A DNA stretch of 64,000 nt. Source: Spirochaetia bacterium. Its GTDB lineage: Bacteria; Spirochaetota; Spirochaetia; CAKZLE01. The first letter of the stretch is position 1; each line of letters opens with the position of its first letter. This document shows, in pieces, positions 1 through 9,312 of this stretch. Below the pieces are notes generated by a model. That model saw nothing but the letters and a program-made list of their open reading frames with translations, made no database searches and was not told where the DNA came from. The position numbers and the translations under genes are program-made. The stretch lies in NCBI GenBank assembly GCA_963677595.1, contig OY782041.1, positions 1,376,001-1,440,000 on the forward strand. The letters are read 5' to 3'.

Positions 1-1
1 A

Positions 2-1057
2 ATAAACTTCGAAGATTTCCAGTATCGTTCCATCCTCACAGCAGAACTCCTCCATGAGCACCTCCTGCCGCTTCTGGCAGGGGACGGAGTCACCTATATA
101 CTCCTTGATGAGATACAGATGGTAGAGCACTGGGAAGCTGCCGTGAACTCCCTGCGCCTGGATCGAAGCAATGATATCTACCTTACAGGATCGAATGCAG
201 CTATCCTCTCCGGCAACATGGCGACACTGCTCTCCGGGAGGTATGTCGAGATCAAGGTCATGCCTCTTTCGTTCCCAGAGTATCTGGAGTTCCATGAAAT
301 ATCTGATACGGTGGAGGGATTCAACCGATACCTTGAGACCGGGGGGCTTCCAGGACTGATCGACATCCCGCAGAACAGCACGGTGGTCAGCGAATACCTG
401 AACGGCGTGGTGAACACCATCATCGTCAAGGATATCGCAGCCATGGCTCGAGTACGGGATATCGATATGCTGCGGAAGGTCATTGACTTCCTGGCATCCA
501 GCATCGGGCAGCAGATCACCGCATCAAAAACGGCACATTACCTGACAAGCACCGGAAGGAAGTGCAGCAATGATACGGTAGATACATACCTGCGGCTGCT
601 TGAAGATGCGTATATCGTCTATCGTACCGAACGGTATAATATCAAGGGCAAGAACCTCATGAAGACGAACCATAAGTTCTATATGGTGGACATGGGCCTC
701 CGGAACGCCCTGGTTGGAGCAGTGGGCCAAGATTATGGTTCAGCCCTGGAAAATCTCGTCTTCCTTGAGCTCCTTCGGAGGGGGTATCGAGTGACCACGG
801 GAAGCTACAAAGAATTCGAGATCGACTTCATCGCGGAGAGACCGGATGAGAAACTCTACATACAGGTATGTGCATCGATCATGGACGAGACGACGAGAGA
901 CCGGGAGATCCGGTCGCTGAAGTTCCCCGATGATAATTACCCAAAACTGCTCCTGACCATGGATAGGGTCCCCTTCACTGACTTCGATGGGATCAGGCAG
1001 GTCTACATCCCAGATTTCCTGCTATCTCACAAACCAGTCAAGGACAGCCAGGTGTGA
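2..1057 (+). CDS. AAA_14 ATPase + DUF4143 protein (5' truncated by window edge)
   Basis: Frame open from base 2 (INFEDFQY...ILLDEIQ Walker B), LTGSNA, YLETGGLP, KFYMVDMGLR, EIDFIA PD-(D/E)xK-like tail. Confidence 0.85.
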   Translation: MNFEDFQYRSILTAELLHEHLLPLLAGDGVTYILLDEIQMVEHWEAAVNSLRLDRSNDIYLTGSNAAILSGNMATLLSGRYVEIKVMPLSFPEYLEFHEISDTVEGFNRYLETGGLPGLIDIPQNSTVVSEYLNGVVNTIIVKDIAAMARVRDIDMLRKVIDFLASSIGQQITASKTAHYLTSTGRKCSNDTVDTYLRLLEDAYIVYRTERYNIKGKNLMKTNHKFYMVDMGLRNALVGAVGQDYGSALENLVFLELLRRGYRVTTGSYKEFEIDFIAERPDEKLYIQVCASIMDETTRDREIRSLKFPDDNYPKLLLTMDRVPFTDFDGIRQVYIPDFLLSHKPVKDSQV

Positions 1058-1112
1058 AGGGGATGGCAATAATACAGCTAGGGGTTCTCGTTCATATGCA
1101 TTGACGTCTGGA

Positions 1113-1490
1113 TCACACTCGATGCTTTTCAATCCAAACTTGTATATCAGGCACCTTCCAAGAACCATCAGCAACAGACAAACCCAATTGGACCAAGTCG
1201 TTATCCAGATAATTGATTCGTATCCCGTTAATCTCCAGGAATACATCACACAGATGAACTCCAATTCTCTTGTTCCCATCGATAAATGGATGATTCTGAA
1301 TGAGCCCAAAGCATAAAACCGCTGCTTTTAGCTCTTTTCCAGGGTAGAGTTCTTTTCCATCAAAGGTCTGGAAAGGTGCATATAATGCTGATTCTAAAGA
1401 TCCTTGATCCCTCAATCCCTGGGCTCCACCTGATTCATCAATCAGATACTTATGAATCAGCAAAGTCTGTGTGAGAGAAATCTTGATCAT
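1113..1490 (-). CDS. doc: Doc/Fic-family type II toxin
   Basis: 125 aa, HPFIDGNKR motif, overlaps antitoxin stop. Confidence 0.9.
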   Translation of the reverse strand: MIKISLTQTLLIHKYLIDESGGAQGLRDQGSLESALYAPFQTFDGKELYPGKELKAAVLCFGLIQNHPFIDGNKRIGVHLCDVFLEINGIRINYLDNDLVQLGLSVADGSWKVPDIQVWIEKHRV

Positions 1491-1729
1491 TTAGCCAACT
1501 CTCTATATGCAGCCTCATGCCGCTTGAAGGACCTTCTGGAAACTGCCAGCAGTTCCCCATCAGAGATCTGTTCATCCGCAGCAACCTGATCATATGCAAT
1601 GATCACATACTTTGGAGTATTGTTCTTCAATACTACTACAGCCCCTTGCTCATCCACCGTATGTGCAACTTTGGAGAAATTCCGGTTGACCTCCGTGATG
1701 GAGACAAGGTTTCTCATATCAACCAACAT
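1487..1729 (-). CDS. Phd/YefM-family antitoxin
   Basis: VSITEVNRNFSKVA...VVVLKNNTPKYVI; SD GAGGGAGG before ATG 1729; upstream of doc. Confidence 0.85.
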   Translation of the reverse strand: MLVDMRNLVSITEVNRNFSKVAHTVDEQGAVVVLKNNTPKYVIIAYDQVAADEQISDGELLAVSRRSFKRHEAAYRELAK

Positions 1730-1773
1730 AGTTCCCTCCCTCAATTCATCTACATATAGTATAGTATAATTCC

Positions 1774-1789
1774 AGGTTGAATTCCACCT
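1774..1789. promoter_or_regulatory. Putative phd/doc operator (imperfect palindrome AGGTTGAATTCCACCT)
   Basis: Imperfect palindrome in the promoter region of the TA operon. Confidence 0.35.
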
Positions 1790-1892
1790 ATATAGTATGA
1801 TCGCGTATGTTCTGCGCTTCCATCTTCTTACACACCAGCCTCATATCCTGCCGCTATTGTCCTATCTACATCTTTATTAGCAGGCTGGAAAC

Positions 1893-1921
1893 TTGACACC
1901 GGTCCATTACCTACCTATATT
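1893..1921 (+). promoter_or_regulatory. sigma70-type promoter of Lon-like protease (probably leaderless)
   Basis: TTGACA-N17-TATATT, 8 nt before ATG 1930, no SD. Confidence 0.7.
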
Positions 1922-1929
1922 GGTATCCT

Positions 1930-3996
1930 ATGGCAAACTTGGAGTTTTCAATACAGGAGATATCCCTCGAGGAGGCCTCCTTCAGCTATGATGCGGGGAC
2001 CGTCGAATCATCGACCCCCTCATCCTTCCACGGGGATATCATCGGGCAGCCGCGTGCCGTGAAGGCGATCGAGATGGGGATCATGATCCCCAGCAAAGGC
2101 TACAACATCTTCGTGACTGGGGAGTCAGGCACCGGCAGGTCCACTGCCATCAGGAAGATCCTCTCAGACCAGCCGTTCGACCCAGCCAGGCTCCATGATA
2201 TCGCCTACGTGAACAACTTCATCAAGCCGGAGAACCCGATCGCCCTCATCCTCGCCCCAGGCGAGGGAAGAAAGCTCGTACTCATGATGCAGGAGGTCAT
2301 CAAGCGCCTCAAGGAGTACATCATCAGCGAGCTGAAGAAGGAGGAGGGACTCGTCACCTCCGAGGGCTTATCAGCTTCCATCGCCGAACCGATCGCCGCG
2401 GTGAAGGCTGCTTTCAATGACCCGAAGGTCGAGCTCTTCGCCGACCAGGCTGCCGCCGATATAGGCTCCGTATCCTATATCTTCAACGGGGTACCGCCGG
2501 AGATGGTGATCAGCACCTCGTTCTTCCAGCGCTATGCCATCAACCTCCTTGTCGACCATGCCGACACGAAGGAGAACCCCGTCCATTTCGAGATGCACCC
2601 GACGCTCTCGAACCTGCTCGGGGCCATCGACATCAAGCATGACTCGAATGACGAGAACCTGCCCTTCCTCTCCATCCATGCGGGGACGCTGCTCGAGGCA
2701 GCCGGGGGCTACCTGATCGTCAATGCGGAGGATATCCTGAAAGAGGAGCAGCTCTGGGACCGGATGAAGCAGGTCCTCAAGACCTCCCAGCTCTATATAC
2801 AGAACAACTCGAGCTCCAACCAGGGCAACGGCGTGCGCCCGGAACCGATTCCTGTCGACATCAAGGTCATAGCCCTCGGCACCGAGGAGCTCTATGACTA
2901 TCTCTATAACAACGACCTCGACTTCTACAAGCTCTTCAAGGTATCTGCCGAGTTCGATTTCTCCATGCCCTCCACGCAGGAGAACATCGGGAACTATATC
3001 GGGTTCATCAGGATGATCACCGAGGAGGAGAAGCTGCTGCCCGTGGACATCTCGGGGATCCTGGAGATCCTTCGGTACGGGTCGTTCCTCGTGGAGCAGC
3101 GCAATGAGCTGAGCACGCAGTTCTCGCTCATCGCGGACCTCATCCGGGAAGCCCACTACCATGCCGTGAAATCGGGGGAGTCTGTCATCTCCGGGGATAC
3201 GATCCTCACCTCTCGGGAAGAACGGGACTACCTCTCCAGCCTCCCCGAGGCGAAGATCATCGAGCAGATCCTCACCGGGGAGATGCTCATCCACCTCGAG
3301 GGATCGAAGATCGGGGTCGTGAACGCCCTCGCGGTCCTCGACCGGGGATACTACAGCTTCGGGATCCCTACCGTGATCTCGGCCACGGTCGCTCCCGGCA
3401 CGGAGGGGATCGTGAACATCGAGCACGAGGCGGGCCTGTCTGGGGAGATCCATGACAAGGGGCTGCTGATCCTCGAGGGCTACCTGCGCAAGATGTATGC
3501 GCGGAACTTTCCGCTCTCGATCTATTCCGGCATCTGCTTCGAGCAATCCTATGCTGAGGTGGACGGGGACTCCGCCTCCTCGAGCGAGCTCTACGCCCTG
3601 CTGTCAGCCATCGGGGAGATCCCCATCCGACAGGATATCGCGGTGACAGGGTCGGTGAACCAGACCGGCGAGGTCCAGCCGGTCGGCGGCATCAACGAGA
3701 AGATCACCGGCTTCTTCCGTATCTGCCGGCACCGGGGCCTGACTGGACACCAGGGGGTGATCATTCCCAGGATGAACATCAGGAACCTGATCCTCCCGCA
3801 GTATGTGCTTGATGCGATAGCAGAGCGCAAGTTCCACATCTACCCCGTGAACACGATCGACGAGGGGATGCAGATCCTCTCACAGAGGAAGGCCGGGGGC
3901 CGCACCACCAAGGGCCTCTTTCCCCCGAACACGATCAACCGGATCGTGGAGGACCAGCTCAAACACCTCTCCAGCATCTCCCGAGCCAATAATTAG
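1930..3996 (+). CDS. Lon-like (LonC/AAA_32-type) S16 protease
   Basis: IIGQPRA, GESGTGRS P-loop variant, FEQSYAEVDGDSAS catalytic Ser and VGGINEKI Lys. Confidence 0.9.
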   Translation: MANLEFSIQEISLEEASFSYDAGTVESSTPSSFHGDIIGQPRAVKAIEMGIMIPSKGYNIFVTGESGTGRSTAIRKILSDQPFDPARLHDIAYVNNFIKPENPIALILAPGEGRKLVLMMQEVIKRLKEYIISELKKEEGLVTSEGLSASIAEPIAAVKAAFNDPKVELFADQAAADIGSVSYIFNGVPPEMVISTSFFQRYAINLLVDHADTKENPVHFEMHPTLSNLLGAIDIKHDSNDENLPFLSIHAGTLLEAAGGYLIVNAEDILKEEQLWDRMKQVLKTSQLYIQNNSSSNQGNGVRPEPIPVDIKVIALGTEELYDYLYNNDLDFYKLFKVSAEFDFSMPSTQENIGNYIGFIRMITEEEKLLPVDISGILEILRYGSFLVEQRNELSTQFSLIADLIREAHYHAVKSGESVISGDTILTSREERDYLSSLPEAKIIEQILTGEMLIHLEGSKIGVVNALAVLDRGYYSFGIPTVISATVAPGTEGIVNIEHEAGLSGEIHDKGLLILEGYLRKMYARNFPLSIYSGICFEQSYAEVDGDSASSSELYALLSAIGEIPIRQDIAVTGSVNQTGEVQPVGGINEKITGFFRICRHRGLTGHQGVIIPRMNIRNLILPQYVLDAIAERKFHIYPVNTIDEGMQILSQRKAGGRTTKGLFPPNTINRIVEDQLKHLSSISRANN

Positions 3997-4095
3997 TATG
4001 ATTGGTATGAAAAGTATGAATTAATTTGACTCCTCCCCTATTTATGAGTATCTTTCCCATGAAGCAAGACGGGGAAAACCCCGGGGAGGTGAATT

Positions 4096-4326
4096 ATGGC
4101 AGTTAAACTCTATTCAACACCCACATGCGGGTACTGCAAGATGGCAAAGAGCTACTTTCAGAAGAACAATATCGCGTTTACCGAATTCAACGTCGCCCAG
4201 GATATGAAGCGGGCACAGGAGATGGTCAGCAAGTCAGGTCAGATGGGTGTTCCCGTCATCGATGTCAACGGGCAGGTCATCGTTGGGTTCAACCGACCGG
4301 CGATCGAGAAGGCGCTGAAGCGCTAA
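4096..4326 (+). CDS. Glutaredoxin-like protein (YruB/NrdH type)
   Basis: CGYC, GQMGVPVI, SD GGAGG. Confidence 0.9.
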   Translation: MAVKLYSTPTCGYCKMAKSYFQKNNIAFTEFNVAQDMKRAQEMVSKSGQMGVPVIDVNGQVIVGFNRPAIEKALKR

Positions 4327-5120
4327 TCCACATCCAGTGCAGTGAACCAGTGCTGCATGAGGATGCCAAAGGCCACTGAGACATTCAGCGAGCCTTTGGT
4401 TCCGGCAAGCGGGATCGTAACCCGGCCAAGTGAGCGGTCAGCCAGGGAGAGCATCTCAGGGCTGACGCCAAGCTCCTCCGAGCCGATGATCACGGTCCCC
4501 CTTGCCGGAAACGGGAAAGTTTCAATCGGAGTTCCCCCGAGTTCAAGAGCGAATATCGGGTCAGAGTCTGAGAAGGAGAGGTCTCCCGGGGCCATCGGCT
4601 CCCAGGGTACCGTATCCAGACAGCCCCTGGCCGTCCTTATCGCCCTCGGGTGCTCCGGTGTCGATGTCCCTTCACCTACAAATATCCGCTCCACCCCGAA
4701 CGAATCAGCGGTCCGGAACACGGACCCCACATTGAACGGGGAGCGGAGCCGATCCAGGTAGACCCTGACCGGGTACTGTCTCCTGACAGACCCGTCGAGC
4801 GCACCACCCTCATCTACGAAATCCCAGTCAGCCACAGGAGCCCCGATCTCATCGAGCAGGAGGTAATACAGGTCATCGAGTAAGACCACAACATCCTGCT
4901 GACCGAGAGAGGAGATCCTTCCCGATGCAGTCTGCAGGCGCTCACCTGTCGGTATACTGAGGCTTGCCAGCAGCTCGGGGAGGCTTACCATCCCCCTGAT
5001 GTAGTCAAGATCTATCGCTTCACCACGTGCTGCAGCCCGGCTGTACTCCCTGCAGAGGTGGGCGACCTTCCGGATCCGTGTGCGATCCTTCAGGCTGGAG
5101 AGCTTCTTCAGGGTGATCAA
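4323..5120 (-). CDS. TrmH/SpoU-family RNA methyltransferase
   Basis: LRSPFNVGSVFRTAD, IIGSEELGV, GSLNVSVA SPOUT motifs. Confidence 0.9.
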   Translation of the reverse strand: MITLKKLSSLKDRTRIRKVAHLCREYSRAAARGEAIDLDYIRGMVSLPELLASLSIPTGERLQTASGRISSLGQQDVVVLLDDLYYLLLDEIGAPVADWDFVDEGGALDGSVRRQYPVRVYLDRLRSPFNVGSVFRTADSFGVERIFVGEGTSTPEHPRAIRTARGCLDTVPWEPMAPGDLSFSDSDPIFALELGGTPIETFPFPARGTVIIGSEELGVSPEMLSLADRSLGRVTIPLAGTKGSLNVSVAFGILMQHWFTALDVD

Positions 5121-5809
5121 TCATCCCTCCGCTTCTTCTCCTTCGGAGAGACGAGCACGGCGAACTCACCCTTGATCGAGTCCCTGGCTGCGAACTGCCC
5201 ACACACCTCTTCGGCAGTCCCCTCTACGAACTCCTCGAAGTTCTTCGTCATCTCCCGGCCGATGAGGACCCGCCTCCCAGGATCGAGGTCCTTCAGGACC
5301 TCGAGCACCTTCACGATACGGAACGGCGACTCGTAGATGACGAAGGCCTCATCACGCTCGAGCAATTGCTCGAGCCTGGTCTTTCGCTTGCCGCCCTTGG
5401 GACTGAGGAAGCCCTCGAAGAGCACGTTCTTCCCCATGAACCCGGCGACCGAGCAGAGGGTCGTCAGTGCCGAGACCCCGGGGATGGGGATGACATCGAA
5501 ACCGGCATCCCGGACCGCACGGACGAGTCGGTTGCCGGGATCACTCACCCCGGGGGTACCGGCATCGCTGACATAGGCGATGGAGTTCCCCTCCTGCAGC
5601 AGCTTGATGATGCCCTGGGCAGAGTTCTCCTCATTGTGGGCATGGCAGGCGATCATCCGCTTCTTGATCTCATACTTGTTCAGCAGTCGCTGGGAATGGC
5701 GGGTATCCTCACAGGCGATCACATCGACTTCCTTCAGCGTGTTCAGTGCCCGCAATGTGATATCCTCAAGGTTCCCGATCGGGGTCGCAACCATATATAA
5801 TGTACTCAT
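5117..5809 (-). CDS. rsmI: 16S rRNA C1402 2'-O-methyltransferase
   Basis: ATPIGNLEDIT, ACEDTR, SDAGTPGVSDPG, YESPFR, REMTK. Confidence 0.95.
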   Translation of the reverse strand: MSTLYMVATPIGNLEDITLRALNTLKEVDVIACEDTRHSQRLLNKYEIKKRMIACHAHNEENSAQGIIKLLQEGNSIAYVSDAGTPGVSDPGNRLVRAVRDAGFDVIPIPGVSALTTLCSVAGFMGKNVLFEGFLSPKGGKRKTRLEQLLERDEAFVIYESPFRIVKVLEVLKDLDPGRRVLIGREMTKNFEEFVEGTAEEVCGQFAARDSIKGEFAVLVSPKEKKRRDD

Positions 5810-5867
5810 ACCGCCATTCTACCGGGATGGACTCCTGCACACAAGAGGGAATCTTACCAATACGACG

Positions 5868-5901
5868 TGGCATTATTCGCCTTCATCGGTATTTTTCACC
5901 T
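5868..5901 (+). promoter_or_regulatory. PspF-type upstream activator sites for psp operon 1
   Basis: TGGC-N7-GCCT (5868-5882) and CGGT-N7-ACCT (5887-5901) resemble the E. coli PspF UAS (recalled as TGGT-N7-GCCA). Confidence 0.6.
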
Positions 5902-5950
5902 TTCCACTTCTACAAATACCAAATACAGCCTCCTATTCCCCATAATTTTT

Positions 5951-5966
5951 TGGCATGCTTTCTGCA
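5951..5966 (+). promoter_or_regulatory. sigma54 -24/-12 promoter of psp operon 1
   Basis: TGGCATGCTTTCTGCA, exact GG-N10-GC spacing, ~47 nt before pspA1. Confidence 0.8.
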
Positions 5967-6012
5967 ATATAGTCTTCAAGAACAAAACTACAAGATCCTA
6001 ATGGAGGAAGTT

Positions 6013-6678
6013 ATGAAACATATGAGACGATTCAAGGACATCATCAACGCGAACATCAACGCGACACTCGACAAAGCCGAGAACCCTGAGAAGATGATCA
6101 GGTACATGGTCCAGGAGATGGAGGAGACACTCGTCGACCTCAAGACCTCCTGCGCTGCGAAGATCGCCGAGAAGACCCAGGTCGAGCAGGAGCTCAAGGA
6201 GGTCGAGTCGGTCAGGGACAGGTGGCAGAACCGTGCGGAACTGGCAGTCGAGAAGGGCAAGGACGAACTTGCCCGTGAAGCGCTCATCGAGAAGCAGAAG
6301 GCTGACCGGAGTGTTGAGGCACTCAAGGAACACCTGGCAAAGATAAGCACCATCATCAGCGAGTGCAAGGGTAACACCCTCAAGCTCGAGGAGCGGCTAC
6401 AGAGCGTCAAGGACAAGGAGAGGATCCTCATCCAGCGAGGGATCCATGCCCAGGAGACCATCATCGCCCGGGAGAAGATCAAGGAAGCTACCGGGAACGA
6501 AGCCTACAGGAGGTTCTCAGAACTGGAGAACCGGATCGAACAGATGGAAGCTGAGGCTGAGATGTCCGGTTTCGGGGCAGATCCCCTCAAGGAGGATGCC
6601 TTCTTCAACCTGGAACATGATGAGGCTGTCGAGGCAGAGCTGGCAGCACTGAAGAAGAGCAAGGCAGCGAAGAAATAA
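6013..6678 (+). CDS. pspA: Phage shock protein A (copy 1)
   Basis: RFKDIINANINATLDKAENPEKMIR, WQNRAELA; SD GGAGG before ATG 6013. Confidence 0.9.
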   Translation: MKHMRRFKDIINANINATLDKAENPEKMIRYMVQEMEETLVDLKTSCAAKIAEKTQVEQELKEVESVRDRWQNRAELAVEKGKDELAREALIEKQKADRSVEALKEHLAKISTIISECKGNTLKLEERLQSVKDKERILIQRGIHAQETIIAREKIKEATGNEAYRRFSELENRIEQMEAEAEMSGFGADPLKEDAFFNLEHDEAVEAELAALKKSKAAKK

Positions 6679-6896
6679 TGTTCAGCCAGACGATTGTCAT
6701 CCTGCTCATCACCGTTGGGATACCGGTCATCTGCCTGACCAAGATCATCATGACGAAGATGCAGCAGAACTTTGAGAGACAGACAGGAGGTGACTCGAAG
6801 ACCTACAAGGTCATCGACTCACTCGTAAATACGGTAAGCAGGCTCCAGAAACGTGTCGAGAACCTGGAGACCGTCATACAGAACAGATACGAATAG
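6678..6896 (+). CDS. PspB-like single-TM protein (copy 1)
   Basis: N-terminal TM plus RLQKRVENLETVI tail; between pspA and pspC. Confidence 0.75.
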   Translation: MFSQTIVILLITVGIPVICLTKIIMTKMQQNFERQTGGDSKTYKVIDSLVNTVSRLQKRVENLETVIQNRYE

Positions 6897-6905
6897 GGGT
6901 TGGTC

Positions 6906-7172
6906 ATGAGATTTGATACAAGAAGACGATTATACCGATCGCGAAACGGGATCATCTGGGGTGTCTTCCAGGGACTGGCTGACTGGCTCGAAGTACCGGT
7001 AGGCGTGCTGCGGACCATCGCCATCGTGACCTTCGTCCTGACCGGGTTCTTCCCGCTTGCGGCGATCTATGCCCTGGCAGCCCTCCTGATGCCGGTTGAA
7101 CCGGCATCACACAGGAGCTACCATTATTCGTTCCACGAACACAGCTGGGACAGCCGCTACCATAACAGCTGA
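6906..7172 (+). CDS. pspC: PspC-domain protein (copy 1, short His-rich tail)
   Basis: RLYRSRNGIIWGVFQGLADW PspC motif plus TM. Confidence 0.85.
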   Translation: MRFDTRRRLYRSRNGIIWGVFQGLADWLEVPVGVLRTIAIVTFVLTGFFPLAAIYALAALLMPVEPASHRSYHYSFHEHSWDSRYHNS

Positions 7173-7204
7173 TCCTTAGGGACATTCCCTCCCCTAAGCT
7201 ATAC

Positions 7205-7246
7205 ATAAGCCCAAGGGTGCACTTCGCACCTTTGGGCTTATCTTTT
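7205..7246. terminator. Bidirectional intrinsic terminator between pspC1 and pspF
   Basis: ATAAGCCCAAGGGTGC-ACTTC-GCACCTTTGGGCTTAT followed by CTTTT. Confidence 0.8.
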
Positions 7247-8245
7247 CTATTCCAGCTGTTCCCGGTATTTGCGGTAGATCCCGCGGAACTGGTCGTAGGT
7301 CAGCCCGAGCAGGTCGGCTGCCTGCTTCTGGTTCTGGCCCGAGCGGAAGAGCGCACGCCTGATGAACGAGATATCGAGCTGCTCCTTTGCCCTCTGGTAA
7401 TCCTCGAGCTCGAACCCGTCGCAGTCTGATGAGATCCTGCCGGAAGAGCCCCCACCTTCCTTGAATGGGTTCCTGAAGGGATCGAGCACGAGGTCCGTGA
7501 TCAGGGAGCCTTCGGTCCGGTAGACGGCACGCTCGATCGTGTTCTTAAGCTCCCTGATGTTCCCCGGCCACCCATACGAGAGCATCCTGTCTACCACCTC
7601 GTCCGAGAAGACGGGGTCATCGGCTCTCCCGCATTCCAGGGCCATCCTGGCAGCGAAGTAGCTCGCCAGCAGGAGGATATCATCCCCCCTCTCGCGCAGG
7701 GGAGGGATGAAGAGTACCTCGAAGGAGAGCCGGTCGAGGAGGTCCTGCTTGAACTTCCCCTCACGGCAGAGGGCGGGAAGGTCGGCATTGGTCGCCCCGA
7801 TGATCCTTACATCCACCTCTATCGTCCTCGAGGAACCGACCCGCTCGAAGGAGCCGTACTCCACGACCCGGAGGATCTTCTCCTGGACCTCGAGGGGGAT
7901 CAGCCCGATCTCGTCGAGGAAGAGGGTCCCCCCGTCAGCCTCCTCGAACCTCCCCTTCCTCGTCTTGGATGCCCCGGTATAGGCCCCTGCCTCATGGCCG
8001 AAAAGCTCGGTCTCTATCAGGCTCTGCGGCAGTGCCGCACAGTTGATCGCGACGAAGGGGTCCTGCCATCTCGGGGAGAGGTAGTGCAGCCTCGAGGCTG
8101 CAAGCTCCTTGCCGGAACCCCGTTCACCGATGACGAGGACCGACCGGTCCACCTTCGCAGCAAGGCTCAGCTGCTGCTGGAACTGTATGAATGCTTCCGA
8201 CTCCCCCAGCGGGGTGTCTCGCTTGAATTCCTTGATCTGTATCAT
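7247..8245 (-). CDS. pspF: Phage shock operon sigma54 activator PspF
   Basis: No N-terminal sensor; GERGSGKE, RLHYLSPRW (PspF W56 loop), GAYTGA variant of GAFTGA, WPGNIRELKN, C-terminal LGLTYDQFRG HTH. Confidence 0.93.
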   Translation of the reverse strand: MIQIKEFKRDTPLGESEAFIQFQQQLSLAAKVDRSVLVIGERGSGKELAASRLHYLSPRWQDPFVAINCAALPQSLIETELFGHEAGAYTGASKTRKGRFEEADGGTLFLDEIGLIPLEVQEKILRVVEYGSFERVGSSRTIEVDVRIIGATNADLPALCREGKFKQDLLDRLSFEVLFIPPLRERGDDILLLASYFAARMALECGRADDPVFSDEVVDRMLSYGWPGNIRELKNTIERAVYRTEGSLITDLVLDPFRNPFKEGGGSSGRISSDCDGFELEDYQRAKEQLDISFIRRALFRSGQNQKQAADLLGLTYDQFRGIYRKYREQLE

Positions 8246-8282
8246 GGTCAATAATACCATCTTCCGGCGGTAAATACCACCA
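8245..8282. promoter_or_regulatory. PspF-type UAS pair overlapping the pspF promoter
   Basis: TGGT-N7-ACCA (8245-8259) and CGGT-N7-ACCA (8268-8282). Confidence 0.65.
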
Positions 8283-8340
8283 TATACTGACACCAGCAGG
8301 GAAAAGACGCCGTCCGGCATGCCCGGGGCCTGGTAAATCT

Positions 8341-8356
8341 TGGCATGATTGTTGCT
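8341..8356 (+). promoter_or_regulatory. sigma54 -24/-12 promoter of psp operon 2
   Basis: TGGCATGATTGTTGCT, GG-N10-GC. Confidence 0.85.
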
Positions 8357-8407
8357 TTATAACTTGCATAAGTACAGAAAGAGTACTACCCTTTTTAGGA
8401 GGACTAT

Positions 8408-9073
8408 ATGGGAGTTTTTACAAGATTCAAGGATATCGTGAACGCGAATATCAACTCGATGCTTGATAAAGCAGAGAACCCCGAGAAGATGATCCGACTG
8501 ATGATGCAGGAGATGGAGGATACCCTCATCGACCTGAAGTCATCCTGTGCCGCCAAGATGGCTGCACGGACCAAGACCGAACGGGAACTCAAGGAACTGA
8601 ACGCACGGGTATCCCGATGGCAGAGCCGGGCGGAGCTTGCGATCAGCAAGAAGCGGGATGACCTCGCACGCGAGGCACTGGTCGAGAAGAAGAAAGCCGA
8701 GGGCGAGGCTGCCAGCCTCCAGGATGACCTGGACCAGTACGCACGACTCATCGAGGAGTGCAAGGGCAATATCCTCGAGCTCGAGGAGAAGCTGCAGACC
8801 GTACGGCAGAAGCACAAGATCCTCGTCCAGCGATCGCTCCATGCCCAGGAGCAGAAGAAGGCAAAAGAGAATATCAGGATGGCAGAAGGCAATGATGCCT
8901 TCAAGCGATTCTCCGACCTTGAGGGACGCATCGAGCGTATGGAGGCAGAGGCCGAGATGTCAGATTTCGGCGCTGCAGGGACACTGGAGGATGAGTTCTC
9001 CAAACTCGAGCATACTGATGACATCGAGGATGAACTCAATCAGCTGAAGAAGAAGATAACAAAAGAGAAGTAG
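8408..9073 (+). CDS. pspA: Phage shock protein A (copy 2)
   Basis: MGVFTRFKDIVNANINSMLDKAENPEKMIRLMMQEMEDTL; SD AGGAGG; divergent from pspF. Confidence 0.95.
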   Translation: MGVFTRFKDIVNANINSMLDKAENPEKMIRLMMQEMEDTLIDLKSSCAAKMAARTKTERELKELNARVSRWQSRAELAISKKRDDLAREALVEKKKAEGEAASLQDDLDQYARLIEECKGNILELEEKLQTVRQKHKILVQRSLHAQEQKKAKENIRMAEGNDAFKRFSDLEGRIERMEAEAEMSDFGAAGTLEDEFSKLEHTDDIEDELNQLKKKITKEK

Positions 9074-9082
9074 GTACACGTC

Positions 9083-9301
9083 ATGAGTGAGACTCCATTA
9101 ATCGTTTTCATCGTAATAGGGCTGCCGTCGATCTGCCTGACCGTCATCTTCCTGACGAAGATGATCCTGAAGCAGGGAAAAGAGACCAGGAAACAGAACA
9201 AGGACGAGGATACCGTCGTCATCGAGCAGATCTATTACGGGCTGAAAGACCTTCATAAACGAGTCGATAACCTTGAGACGATCCTGCGATCAAGAGAGTA
9301 G
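9083..9301 (+). CDS. PspB-like single-TM protein (copy 2)
   Basis: TM plus LHKRVDNLETIL. Confidence 0.8.
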   Translation: MSETPLIVFIVIGLPSICLTVIFLTKMILKQGKETRKQNKDEDTVVIEQIYYGLKDLHKRVDNLETILRSRE

Positions 9302-9312
9302 GGGAAATCATT

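Noticed and set aside
2371-3546. Long antisense/alternate-frame ORFs (also 36652-37947, 38518-39420, 43271-44122, 45616-46473, 59619-60359 and others)
   Set aside because: Shadows of GC3-rich real genes; they overlap well-supported CDSs and show no recognisable motifs
5800-6012. N-terminal extensions in the ORF track (pspA1, pspF, DUF4097, MFS, Fic, hppA, acr3, add, GNAT-HK)
   Set aside because: They run through promoters; downstream starts fit SD or -10 positions and family N-termini better
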